From NCBI GenBank assembly GCA_902611175.1, contig CACLYQ010000001.1, forward strand, positions 30,102-94,101: DNA of 64,000 nucleotides, in the 5' to 3' direction. Shown one piece after another: positions 38,468 through 48,310 of the stretch. Within the stretch, counting starts at the first letter, position 1; each line of letters starts with the position of its first letter. Under the pieces are notes generated by a model. The model did not search any database and was not told the DNA's origin. It worked only from the letters and a program-made list of their open reading frames with translations. Origin of the DNA: an uncultured Pelagibacteraceae bacterium. GTDB lineage: Bacteria; Pseudomonadota; Alphaproteobacteria; Pelagibacterales; Pelagibacteraceae. Position numbers and translations under genes: made by a program.

Positions 38468-39901
38468 ATGCTGGATAAAAAAAAATTTTATATCAATGGC
38501 AAATGGGTTGAGCCAGTAAACAAGAACGAATGTGAAGTTATTAATCCATCAACAGAAGAAGTTTGTGCAATTATAAGTCTTGGAAGCTCTGATGATACAA
38601 ATGCTGCAGTCAAAGCAGCAAAATCTGCATTTGAGACTTGGAAAGAAACTTCAAAAGAAGAAAGGTTAAATTTATTAGAAAAATTATTAAAAATTTATAA
38701 TTCTAGATGGGATGATATGACTGATGCTATTACTACAGAGCTTGGTTGTCCTAAAGATTGGTGTTCAGCTAATCAAACATCTTCTGGCGCAGGTCACATA
38801 GAAGACTTTATAAAAAGATTAAAAGATTTCGAATTCGAACCAGGTTTTGATAAAGGATCTACTAATCATATAGTATATGAGCCAATTGGAGTTTGCGGAT
38901 TAATTACACCTTGGAATTGGCCTATAAATCAAATTGCTTTAAAAGTAATTCCAGCTTTTGCTACTGGATGTACAATGGTACTTAAGCCATCTGAAATTGC
39001 ACCATTGTCAGGAACGCTATTTGCAGAGATGATAGATGAGGCTGGATTTCCAGCTGGAGTGTTTAATCTAGTGAATGGTGATGGGCCTGGTGTTGGAACT
39101 GACTTATCAGGACATCCTGATGTTGATATGGTCTCATTTACAGGATCTACTAGAGCTGGAAAATTAATTACAAAGAATGCTGCTGAAACTATAAAAAGAG
39201 TTTGTCTTGAACTTGGTGGCAAAGGTGGAAATATTGTTTTTGCTGATGCATATCCTGATGCAGTTAGAGATGGCATTAGAAACGTAATGAGTAATTCAGG
39301 TCAATCCTGTGATGCTCCAACTAGAATGCTTGTTGAAAAATCAATTTATAAAAGAGCTGTTGAAGAAGCTGCAGACGAAGCTAATAAAATTAAAGTTGAT
39401 CTTGCTTCAAAAGCTGGTGATCACATAGGACCTGTAATTTCAAAAACTCAATTTGATAAAATTCAGAGTTTAATAAATAGTGGAATTGAAGAAGGTGCTA
39501 CTTTAGTAGCAGGTGGTCCTGATAAACCTGAAGACTTAAAGAAAGGTTATTTTATTAAACCGACGGTATTCACTGATGTTAATAATAATATGAGAATTGC
39601 TAAAGAGGAAATATTTGGACCAGTATTGTCAATCATTCCTTTTGAAAATGAAGAGGAAGCTATCCAAATTACAAATGACACAGAATATGGATTAGGAAAC
39701 TATTTACAAACAGAGGATAAAGAAAAGGCAAAAAGAGTCTCAAAAAAATTAAGATCTGGAATTGTGTATGTAAATCATAAAGCAGCAGACTCTGGAACTC
39801 CTTTTGGTGGCTATAGACAATCCGGAAATGGACGTGAGGGTGGAACCTGGGGATTGCATGAATATCTAGAGGTAAAAACTATTACTGAATGGAAAAATTA
39901 A
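38468..39901 (+). CDS. NAD-dependent aldehyde dehydrogenase (paralog 2)
   Basis: ITPWNWP, SFTGSTRAG, LELGGK, GQSC, EEIFGPV; collinear with 12616..14049. Confidence 0.93.
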   Translation: MLDKKKFYINGKWVEPVNKNECEVINPSTEEVCAIISLGSSDDTNAAVKAAKSAFETWKETSKEERLNLLEKLLKIYNSRWDDMTDAITTELGCPKDWCSANQTSSGAGHIEDFIKRLKDFEFEPGFDKGSTNHIVYEPIGVCGLITPWNWPINQIALKVIPAFATGCTMVLKPSEIAPLSGTLFAEMIDEAGFPAGVFNLVNGDGPGVGTDLSGHPDVDMVSFTGSTRAGKLITKNAAETIKRVCLELGGKGGNIVFADAYPDAVRDGIRNVMSNSGQSCDAPTRMLVEKSIYKRAVEEAADEANKIKVDLASKAGDHIGPVISKTQFDKIQSLINSGIEEGATLVAGGPDKPEDLKKGYFIKPTVFTDVNNNMRIAKEEIFGPVLSIIPFENEEEAIQITNDTEYGLGNYLQTEDKEKAKRVSKKLRSGIVYVNHKAADSGTPFGGYRQSGNGREGGTWGLHEYLEVKTITEWKN

Positions 39902-39902
39902 A

Positions 39903-40283
39903 ATGCTTGGTTATGTGATGGTAGGAACTAATAACTTAGAAAAAGCAATAATTTTTTATGATGAAGTCTTAAAAGTTTTAAATCTAGAAAGAAATTATAA
40001 AGATGAAGTTTGCGCTGGTTACACAGAAAAAAATGGCGATGGAACTATAGAGTTTTATGTGACCAAACCTGTCAATATGAAAGAGGCAACAAATGGAAAT
40101 GGAACACAAGTTTCATTTATTACATCATCAAGAGATATAGTTGATAAGTTTCATGAGATTGGACTTAAGGCAGGTGGAAAAAGTGAAGGTGCTGGAGGTG
40201 AAAGACCAGAAGGTTCTGGAGTTTACTATTCTTATATTCGAGATCTTGATAATAATAAAATTTGTGCTTTCACAAACAATTAA
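39903..40283 (+). CDS. VOC/glyoxalase family protein
   Basis: GYVMVGTNNLEKA..FYD, GNGTQVSF, YIRDLDNNKI. Confidence 0.85.
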   Translation: MLGYVMVGTNNLEKAIIFYDEVLKVLNLERNYKDEVCAGYTEKNGDGTIEFYVTKPVNMKEATNGNGTQVSFITSSRDIVDKFHEIGLKAGGKSEGAGGERPEGSGVYYSYIRDLDNNKICAFTNN

Positions 40284-41194
40284 TGTCTTACACTATAATT
40301 CAAGAAAAAATCGATCAAGGAAAAATTATTTTACTTGATGGAGGTATAGGTGCCGAGCTTGAAAAAAAGGGAGCAAAAATGGATAAAAACCTTTGGTGTG
40401 GAAAATGTTCGGTAGATAGCCCTGGATTTCTAAAAGAAGTTCATGAAAATTATATTGATGCAGGAGCTGATGTTATTACAACAAATACTTATGCTACAAC
40501 TCCAATTTCTCTAAGAAAACACGGATATGAAGACTCAATTGAATTATTTAATAAACAAGCAGTTCAAATTGCAAAACAAGCAATTGATAATTCAAAAAAG
40601 AGCGTCTGTTTAGCAGGAAGTGTTTCGAGTTATGGAAGTTTTCTCAAACTTGGAACAAAGAACATGAAGCCATGTTTTAATGAACAGATTAAAATTTTAT
40701 CAAATGAGGGTGTTGATTTAATAATTTTAGAAGCAATGACATCCCAAGCAGAAATCGTGGAGACTATGCTTGAGTGTACTTCAAATATAAAGTTACCTGT
40801 TTGGCTTTCTATTTCCTGTGTAATAGATCAGAATACAAAAAATATTACACTTGGCTATGATGATGTGAAGAATAAAACTGAAATTTACGAGGATTTAGAA
40901 GAGTCGTTAAAAATTTTTAGTAAATTACATAAGGGGCCAATTTTAATTGCTCACTCAGATATTAAAACAACGAGTGCAGCTTTAGACACTGCATTGAAAA
41001 ATTATAATGGAGTTATTGGTGCATACCCTAACAAAGGATATTACGAAAAACCAAATTGGAAATTTGTGGATGATTTTTCATCCAATGATTATTTGGAAGT
41101 TGCAAAAAAATGGGTTAGCAAAGGTGTAAAAATTGTTGGTGGTTGTTGTGGTATAGGAGTTGAAGAGATAAAAGCTGTTTCAATTTTGAAGTAA
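40283..41194 (+). CDS. Homocysteine S-methyltransferase family protein (1)
   Basis: LLDGGIGAEL, HENYIDAGADVITTNTY, AGSV, GAYPN, GGCCG; ATG at 40283 (TAATG coupling). Confidence 0.87.
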   Translation: MSYTIIQEKIDQGKIILLDGGIGAELEKKGAKMDKNLWCGKCSVDSPGFLKEVHENYIDAGADVITTNTYATTPISLRKHGYEDSIELFNKQAVQIAKQAIDNSKKSVCLAGSVSSYGSFLKLGTKNMKPCFNEQIKILSNEGVDLIILEAMTSQAEIVETMLECTSNIKLPVWLSISCVIDQNTKNITLGYDDVKNKTEIYEDLEESLKIFSKLHKGPILIAHSDIKTTSAALDTALKNYNGVIGAYPNKGYYEKPNWKFVDDFSSNDYLEVAKKWVSKGVKIVGGCCGIGVEEIKAVSILK

Positions 41195-41211
41195 TAATAT
41201 ATTGTAAAATT

Positions 41212-41667
41212 ATGAAAACATTTATTGGTGGTATTGGTTGTTTTTGGGACGAAACTAAATACGATGGTATAAAAGGAATATTATCTACCGAATGTGGTTA
41301 CTGCGGAGGTGAAGATCCTAATGTTACTTACAAAGCAGTTTGTGGTGGAGATACAGGTCACATAGAAGTAGTTAAAGTTCAATATGATGAAAATATTTTA
41401 AGCTATGAAGACATGGTTAGATTATTTTTTAAACTCCATGACTCAACTCAAAAGAATAGACAAGGAACTTATGTAGGAATTCAATATCGTTCTGAAATAT
41501 TTTATAATAATGATAATGAGAAAAATACAGCAGAGAAAATTTTAAAAGAAATGAATGAGAAATTAGATGGAAAAGTTACTACAAAGATTTCCAAAGAAAA
41601 AAACTATTGTAAAGCAGAAGGCTATCATCAAAAGTACGAGAAAAATAAATCTCTTAAGTTTGGATAA
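41212..41667 (+). CDS. msrA: Methionine sulfoxide reductase A (short, atypical)
   Basis: GCFW, TY..VC..DTGHIEVV, QYRSEIF, AEGYHQKY. Confidence 0.85.
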   Translation: MKTFIGGIGCFWDETKYDGIKGILSTECGYCGGEDPNVTYKAVCGGDTGHIEVVKVQYDENILSYEDMVRLFFKLHDSTQKNRQGTYVGIQYRSEIFYNNDNEKNTAEKILKEMNEKLDGKVTTKISKEKNYCKAEGYHQKYEKNKSLKFG

Positions 41668-41678
41668 AAAATACTAAT

Positions 41679-42836
41679 TTGAAAAAAATTATTTCAGAAA
41701 AAAATCCAGAATTAGTTACAAGAAAAGATAATAAAGCTCAATGGAATCTCCCAAATAAAAGGAGGTTGGGTTTTAGAAATTTATATAAAATTAATAGATA
41801 TGGAATATACCTTAGATCAGATTTTGTTTTAAAATTAAAAAAAAAAATTAATAAGAGAATTGGTAAATTATCTTCTGTAAAAAAGGTAACTAAAAATAGA
41901 GCTTTTTGCTCTTTAATAGTTGGTAAAGATCAGGATATTTTATTCGAGCAGTACGCAAAGGACTTTTCTACAAATCAGCCTCAAACAATTATGTCAATTA
42001 CAAAAATGTTTATACATTTATTTGTGGGAGAGCTGATAGACAGAAAACTAATTAACTTAAATAAGAAAATTTCATTTTACTTGCCAAAAATTGGCAGTGG
42101 TTATGCAAATGCAAAAGTAAAAGACGTTTTAGACATGAACATTGTAAATCTATATAGCGAAGATTATACAAAAGCTTATTCGTCTTCATTTTTACATGAG
42201 CCTGTGGGAGGATGGAGACTGCCGATTAAAGGCAAAAACATTCAAAGCCAGGAACAATATTTAAATTCAATTAAATCTTTAAAAAGCAGAGATTTAAAAA
42301 ATTATACCGATCTGGCGCATTATAAATCAGCTAATACCGATGTTATTGGACTAATTGTAGAAAAAGTAAGTAAAAAAAGTTTAAGACAATGGCTGTTGGA
42401 AACAGTTGAAGCAACAGGATTTGAAGAAGGATTGTATATAGGAACAGATAGATTTGGAACACCGTGGATGTCTGGAGGCGGAAGTTTAATTACAAGAGAT
42501 TTTTTAAGAATGGGTTTACTTTTTTCTAGGTTTGGAAAAGGTGTAAATGGAAAAAATATTGGTTCTAAAACTTTTTTGAGTAAAACTATTAATAGTGAGG
42601 GACCCAAATACATTCAATTATCTAAAGATAAATTTGTCTGTTATGTTAATTCATTAATGAAATGCGGTAACTGGATTGGTCACTCTGGGTATGGGGGCCA
42701 ATTTTTAGGAATAAATTTGAAAACAAAAGTTGTTGCTGCGTTTTTTTCTGTCTTAGAGACTAAATCTGCAACAAATGAAAAATATAAAAAAGATATGGTA
42801 AATATGATAGACCAAATAATTAGTAAAGATTACTAA
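41679..42836 (+). CDS. Beta-lactamase-fold serine hydrolase (NylB/esterase-like)
   Basis: SxxK (MSITK), YKSANT, HSGYGGQ; no signal peptide. Confidence 0.82.
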   Translation: MKKIISEKNPELVTRKDNKAQWNLPNKRRLGFRNLYKINRYGIYLRSDFVLKLKKKINKRIGKLSSVKKVTKNRAFCSLIVGKDQDILFEQYAKDFSTNQPQTIMSITKMFIHLFVGELIDRKLINLNKKISFYLPKIGSGYANAKVKDVLDMNIVNLYSEDYTKAYSSSFLHEPVGGWRLPIKGKNIQSQEQYLNSIKSLKSRDLKNYTDLAHYKSANTDVIGLIVEKVSKKSLRQWLLETVEATGFEEGLYIGTDRFGTPWMSGGGSLITRDFLRMGLLFSRFGKGVNGKNIGSKTFLSKTINSEGPKYIQLSKDKFVCYVNSLMKCGNWIGHSGYGGQFLGINLKTKVVAAFFSVLETKSATNEKYKKDMVNMIDQIISKDY

Positions 42837-42837
42837 A

Positions 42838-43821
42838 TTAAGAAAATTTTGTTATCAAGGATTTTAAATGTTTATCTGTGACTCCACAACACCCTCCAAT
42901 AATTTTTACCTGATCGTCTATTAACTCAGAACACTTATCAACAAATTCAATTTCATTTTCAGTTATTAACGCTTGCATAGTACTAGTGTCAAATTTATGG
43001 ATCTCTGGATAGAACATAATTGGCCCATTCCAATTTGATTTTAAAACTTTCATTCCCTCTTTTGTATCAATAAACCAACTATGCATTATGCCATAAACAT
43101 CTCCACCGATAGATTTGAGTGAATTAATTATTTCAGCAAAATTAATAATTTTATCTTCAGGAAGGAATTTTGGCTCATCAGGATATTTTAAAGGGTCATA
43201 TATAATAGATCTCTCTTTTTCAGCTCTAAAATTTCTACCTACTACGGTTTCATCAAATTTACTTATGCAGCAACTTAATCCAACCCAGACAGGCAAACCT
43301 GTTTCTAAAGCAGCATTTAACAAAATTTTAGCGTGATCAATATCTAAAATCATTTCAAGAATAAGAACTTCGACTCCCTCCTCTTTTAATACCTTCGCTT
43401 GTTCTTTATAATTTTTTTCTTCTTTTGCAAATGATGGTACAAATTTTGTGTCAGGTCTAAATTCATTTTCAGCCAAAGCTAAATATGTTGACATGCTTCC
43501 AGCAATTTTAATTTTTTTTCCAGAATTTTTGACTGCTTGTTTTGCTAACTTAACTGTATCAATGTTAATTTTTATAGTCTGATCTCCTAAATTTGAAGGC
43601 TCAAGACAATGCCTTGCAGTTCCAAAAGTATTGGTTGTTATCATATCACATCCGGCGTTTATATGACTTTCGTGTACTTTGATTACTATTTCTGGTGAGA
43701 AAACATTTGCTAAACCAGAAAAAGCTGGTCCCATAGTTCCGCCAAGTCTCTGAATTTCTGAGCCTGTTCCACCATCTAAGAAGACTTTTTTTTTTGATTT
43801 CAATAATTCATTAATATCCAT
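42838..43821 (-). CDS. Homocysteine S-methyltransferase family protein (2)
   Basis: FLDGGTGSEI, HINAGCDMITTNTF, AGSMS, LILEM, GLPVWVG, GGCCG. Confidence 0.87.
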   Translation of the reverse strand: MDINELLKSKKKVFLDGGTGSEIQRLGGTMGPAFSGLANVFSPEIVIKVHESHINAGCDMITTNTFGTARHCLEPSNLGDQTIKINIDTVKLAKQAVKNSGKKIKIAGSMSTYLALAENEFRPDTKFVPSFAKEEKNYKEQAKVLKEEGVEVLILEMILDIDHAKILLNAALETGLPVWVGLSCCISKFDETVVGRNFRAEKERSIIYDPLKYPDEPKFLPEDKIINFAEIINSLKSIGGDVYGIMHSWFIDTKEGMKVLKSNWNGPIMFYPEIHKFDTSTMQALITENEIEFVDKCSELIDDQVKIIGGCCGVTDKHLKSLITKFS

Positions 43822-44723
43822 TATGCTAATTTCCTCTCTGACTTTGGAACATATACAACTTCAATTACACCACCAAGAATTATTAGAATACTACCTATTG
43901 TTTCTCTCCAACCAAAAGGTTCATTTGTTAAAATACTAGCACTAACAACACCAACAATTATTTCAGCTAAAAATAAAATAGATGATAAGCCGGCTCCTAG
44001 TTTGCTTGGAGCCCAAAAGATTATTACTCCTGTAGGAATAAAATAAAATATCGAGATAAGTAATAAAAAAGTGGACATTGACATGATAACCTCCACTGAT
44101 GGAACTGGTCCTAAATAATCTACTAAGAATAACCCGATAGGTATACTGGCTAAACCTCCATAAAAAAAGAATGTGAATATAATTGGAAAGACGCCATCGG
44201 TTTTAATTATTTCCATTCTAATTAAACCAGCACCAAATAGTGCACCTCCAGCAAGGGCCAACCAATCACCTGCATTTTGAGGTAACGGAATTATATTCTC
44301 TTGACTGAATACAATCCATAAACCTCCTAGTGCTAAACCTAATGTGATTACCCTCTTCCAACCAAATTTCTTTTTTAAAAATATAATTTCAAATATAGTT
44401 GTCCAAACAGGTATCATGTAAAACATGATTAATGCTTTAACTACATCAGTAAGAAGAAAGCTAAGAGCATAACAAACAAATCCACTTCCAACAAAAAAAC
44501 CAGTGAGAGGAAATTCCAAGCCAATAGACTTTCCTTTTATAACTCTCCAAATTGCGACTGGTGATAATATTAATATTCCAACTACCATTTGGGATATTGT
44601 TCCCCAGCCACCAGTCAAACCTCCATCTTCTAGTATTCTTTGAGGTAACCAATAAATTCCCCATGAACCAGCAGCAATAGCTAATGCAAATGAAATTTTA
44701 AAATGATGAGGGTGTCTGGTCAT
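43821..44723 (-). CDS. DMT/EamA-family transporter
   Basis: About 10 TM helices; WGIYW, MFYMIPVW, GDWLAL, AEIIVG. Confidence 0.85.
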   Translation of the reverse strand: MTRHPHHFKISFALAIAAGSWGIYWLPQRILEDGGLTGGWGTISQMVVGILILSPVAIWRVIKGKSIGLEFPLTGFFVGSGFVCYALSFLLTDVVKALIMFYMIPVWTTIFEIIFLKKKFGWKRVITLGLALGGLWIVFSQENIIPLPQNAGDWLALAGGALFGAGLIRMEIIKTDGVFPIIFTFFFYGGLASIPIGLFLVDYLGPVPSVEVIMSMSTFLLLISIFYFIPTGVIIFWAPSKLGAGLSSILFLAEIIVGVVSASILTNEPFGWRETIGSILIILGGVIEVVYVPKSERKLA

Positions 44724-44725
44724 TA

Positions 44726-46138
44726 TTATTCCGATAATTCTGGTTTAAATTTTGAAAAGTTAAAAATTTCCTCGTAAGATTTGGCAAAGTTAATTAGTTT
44801 ATTATCTTCTTTAACATTTGCTATAATCTGCATTCCCATTGGTAGCCCTTTATTATTAAAACCAACTGGAATAGATATAGTTGGCAAACCAAGCAAACTT
44901 GATAATGTATAGACTTCCATATATCTATGATAAGTGTCAATTTTATTATCATTGATAAATTCTGGATTGTTTAGGTTCTTTTCAAAAGGAAATAGTTGAG
45001 CCGAAGGTAATGCTAAAAAATCATAATGTTTAAATAGGTTTTGTATTTTATCCATATATTTATTTCTTATTTCTATTGCTTTTAAAACATCGTTTGTTTT
45101 GATGCTTTTTCCTTTTTCATATTCCCAATATGCTTGAGAAGGTAATTCATTTAAATTTTTTAAATTATATAACAAAAAGTTTTCATACAAAAATTTGGCT
45201 CTTAATATTGTCCAAGAATACCACAATTCTTCTGAATTAATTTCAGTTTTTAAATCTTCAATATTTAAATTATTTGACTGTATTTTTTTTAAAATATTTT
45301 CACATAAGTCGATGATTCCATCTTCATACTTATATTGTTCGTTTAGATCAATGCACCATCCAATTTTTAAATCTGAAAGTTTTTTAATATTTATATCTTC
45401 AAGATCGAAAGATAATTTATCCTTTACATTCTTCCCTTTTATATAGTTAAATAAAAATTCCATGTCATTGGGAGTCCTAGCAAAACATCCAGTTGTAGAT
45501 ATTAAAGGAAAATCTTTTAAATTTTTAATTTCAAATCTATCTTCTGCAATCGCACCAGGTGTTGGTCTTAATCCATAAATATTTGCAAATGCTGCTGGGT
45601 TTCTACAAGATCCCATCATATCTGTGCCATCTGCAAAAGGAATTAAATTTGCTGCAACAGCTGCTGCTGCACCACCAGAAGACCCTCCCGCTGACTTACT
45701 ATGATCATAAACATTTGAAGTTGCTCCATAAACTCTGTTAGTAGTATGACAACCAACAGCAAATTCAGAGAGATTTGTTTTACCAATTAAAATTGTGTTT
45801 TTTCTATAATTATCTACTAATAAAGAGTCCTGTTTTGGTATATTTTTTAATAACTCTTTATATCCATAGCATGTTACCTCATTTTTAATATCAAATAATT
45901 CTTTAACAGCAATTGGAAGTCCATAAATATCATCTTTGTCATTATCACTATTAAAATTTTCATCTTTTAATTTTGCTTCTTCAGTAATTTTTGTTTCATC
46001 TATATGTGAAATAATAGCATTTAATTTTGGATTGAATTTTTTTATTCTATCTAAATAGAAATTTAGTACCTCTACTATTTTAATTTCTCTTTTTTTTAAT
46101 TTTGAAATTATTTGATGGACAGAAAAATTCTCAAGCAC
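44726..46138 (-). CDS. Amidase signature family enzyme
   Basis: GLPIAVKE, GKTN, GGSSGGAAAA, GTDMMGSCRNPA, GLPMGMQ. Confidence 0.92.
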   Translation of the reverse strand: MLENFSVHQIISKLKKREIKIVEVLNFYLDRIKKFNPKLNAIISHIDETKITEEAKLKDENFNSDNDKDDIYGLPIAVKELFDIKNEVTCYGYKELLKNIPKQDSLLVDNYRKNTILIGKTNLSEFAVGCHTTNRVYGATSNVYDHSKSAGGSSGGAAAAVAANLIPFADGTDMMGSCRNPAAFANIYGLRPTPGAIAEDRFEIKNLKDFPLISTTGCFARTPNDMEFLFNYIKGKNVKDKLSFDLEDINIKKLSDLKIGWCIDLNEQYKYEDGIIDLCENILKKIQSNNLNIEDLKTEINSEELWYSWTILRAKFLYENFLLYNLKNLNELPSQAYWEYEKGKSIKTNDVLKAIEIRNKYMDKIQNLFKHYDFLALPSAQLFPFEKNLNNPEFINDNKIDTYHRYMEVYTLSSLLGLPTISIPVGFNNKGLPMGMQIIANVKEDNKLINFAKSYEEIFNFSKFKPELSE

Positions 46139-46148
46139 TTAATTAAAC

Positions 46149-47339
46149 CTATCTTGCTTGTCTAATACTCTCTAAAACTAAAGTCTTGACCTCATCTAAT
46201 GATGCCTTTTTAGGATTTTGTCCATAAGCTTGGTCTAACATTGATTTCTTTGCTATTCTCTCTTGGCAATCTTCTGGCACTCCTAATTCATTTAATCCTT
46301 TAGGGATTTTTAATCTATCTAGAATTATATTTAAGTTGTCTTGAAAATTTTCAATTGAATGGTTTTCAAATTGCATGGCCTCTGACATTCTTTTTACTTT
46401 TTCATCTAATCCAGGTAAATTATATTTCATGACTGCAGGAAGTATAATTGCATTAGTCAATCCATGATGAGTATTATATTCAGCACCAACCATGTGCGAA
46501 ATTGCATGAACTAAACCTAGGCCTTTTAAGAAAGCTATTCCACCCAAATAAGATCCTATAATCATTCCTCCTCTCGCTAAAAGATTATCAGGTTCTTCGA
46601 CAGCTGCATAAAGTGATTTTGAAATTAAATTTAAACTTTCTAATGCAGAACCATCACAAAGTGGATGAAACATAGGAACACTATAACCTTCAATTGCGTG
46701 TATCATTGCATCTATACCGGTCCAAGCAGTAAGATTAGCCGGTAATTTTAAAGTTAGCTCTGGATCTACTAAAGCTAAACATGGTCGGGCATCTGGATGC
46801 CATAAACAAAATTTCATTCCTTTTTCAAGATGAGTGACCATGGCAGTAACTTCTGTTTCAGCACCTGTTCCTGCTGTAGTTGGAATAGTAATTATTTTTG
46901 GAAAAGGATTTTCCATAGTTAGTTTTGGTGGCTCTTTTTCAAATTCAAAATCCCATAAAGGCACACCGCTATCAACTGTAAGAGAAATTGCTTTTCCTCC
47001 ATCCATTGCACTTCCTCCGCCTATTGCAATTATTGCATCATGATTGCCTTCACGAAATTTTTTACATCCAGAATCTATTTCATCATCTCTAGGATTTGGC
47101 GATATATTTGAATAAATATCTGATTTGATTTTTGAGTCATTAAGTAAATTTTGTAAATCACTTATAAATGGTAAATTTACACTACCACTATCAGTAACGA
47201 TTAATGCATTATTTATTTTAAAATTTTTACAAAACTTTCCAATTTCTTTAAATCTTCCAGGTCCATAAGCTGTAAAAGTTGGGAATGTCCAATCCTGATT
47301 ATTTAATAAAAATTCTTCATTAAGCTTAAAATTTTGCAT
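46149..47339 (-). CDS. Iron-containing alcohol dehydrogenase
   Basis: GGGSAMD, PTTAGTGAE, DAMIHAIE, GLVHAISH, HHGLTNA. Confidence 0.92.
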   Translation of the reverse strand: MQNFKLNEEFLLNNQDWTFPTFTAYGPGRFKEIGKFCKNFKINNALIVTDSGSVNLPFISDLQNLLNDSKIKSDIYSNISPNPRDDEIDSGCKKFREGNHDAIIAIGGGSAMDGGKAISLTVDSGVPLWDFEFEKEPPKLTMENPFPKIITIPTTAGTGAETEVTAMVTHLEKGMKFCLWHPDARPCLALVDPELTLKLPANLTAWTGIDAMIHAIEGYSVPMFHPLCDGSALESLNLISKSLYAAVEEPDNLLARGGMIIGSYLGGIAFLKGLGLVHAISHMVGAEYNTHHGLTNAIILPAVMKYNLPGLDEKVKRMSEAMQFENHSIENFQDNLNIILDRLKIPKGLNELGVPEDCQERIAKKSMLDQAYGQNPKKASLDEVKTLVLESIRQAR

Positions 47340-47377
47340 AATATTTTAAAAACTTATACTAATTTCAATATTATTAA

Positions 47378-48310
47378 ATGAAAATTTCATCTGAAAAAAC
47401 AGATCTAAAAAAAACATATTTAGCAATTGCTACAATGCTCTTAGCAATTTTATGTATAGATCTTTACATGGTTATTATTAAATTTTTAGGTGATGAATAC
47501 TCAATAATTCAATTAACTTTATTTAGAAATGTAGCAGCAATTATACCTTTGTTATTATTGATCTTATTCACAAATGAATTTTCAACAATATTCAAAAACT
47601 TAGGAAATAAGTTTTTGATATTGAGTTGCTTGAGAGGAATATGTTTTCTTTCTATGAATGTATTCATTTTTATCTCAGTAGTAAATCTGGAATTTGCAAC
47701 AGCAATGACGCTAACCTTTTCGTCACCTTTCTTCATAGTAATACTATCAATAATTTTATTGAGTGAAAAAATTGGTATTTACAGATGGTCAGCAGTTTTA
47801 ATTGGTTTTGTTGGTGTAGTTATGATAATGAAACCAACAAGTGAAATTTTTAGTTTGTACTCAATTTTTCCAATTCTAACCGCTATAGCATGGGCTTTCA
47901 CTGTCATAATTTTAAAATTCATTCAAGGCAATCATTCAACTGCAAAAATTCAGTTATACACATTAATATTTAATGTCATTGGTGGTTTACTTTTATTTTT
48001 TGTAACTACAGGACATGTTGAAATTAAAAATTTTAAAGATTTTATTTTGATGACAATGACTGGAGTTTTGGGTGGTACAGCAGCAATATTGTTTATTTAT
48101 TCTTACCGTTTAATTTCAGCAAGTAAAATAGCTTCATTTGAGTATCTTGGGATACCGTCATCTTTTATTCTTGGTTGGATTTTCTTTAATGAAGCTCCAT
48201 GGAGCCAACTATTTCCTGGAGTAATAGTAATTATTTTTGCTGGTATGATTATTATATGGAGAGATAATATTAAAAAGAAATCAATAGAAGGTAATAAGCA
48301 AATTTATTGA
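47378..48310 (+). CDS. DMT/EamA-family transporter
   Basis: Hydrophobic; FSSPFF, LSEKIG.YRW.AV.IGFVGV, SFEY, IFFNE. Confidence 0.87.
   Translation: MKISSEKTDLKKTYLAIATMLLAILCIDLYMVIIKFLGDEYSIIQLTLFRNVAAIIPLLLLILFTNEFSTIFKNLGNKFLILSCLRGICFLSMNVFIFISVVNLEFATAMTLTFSSPFFIVILSIILLSEKIGIYRWSAVLIGFVGVVMIMKPTSEIFSLYSIFPILTAIAWAFTVIILKFIQGNHSTAKIQLYTLIFNVIGGLLLFFVTTGHVEIKNFKDFILMTMTGVLGGTAAILFIYSYRLISASKIASFEYLGIPSSFILGWIFFNEAPWSQLFPGVIVIIFAGMIIIWRDNIKKKSIEGNKQIY

Noticed and set aside
41679-42836. Beta-lactamase / antibiotic resistance gene
   Set aside because: It has the SxxK fold but no signal peptide and a YxS rather than YxN motif, which fits a cytoplasmic esterase/amidase.
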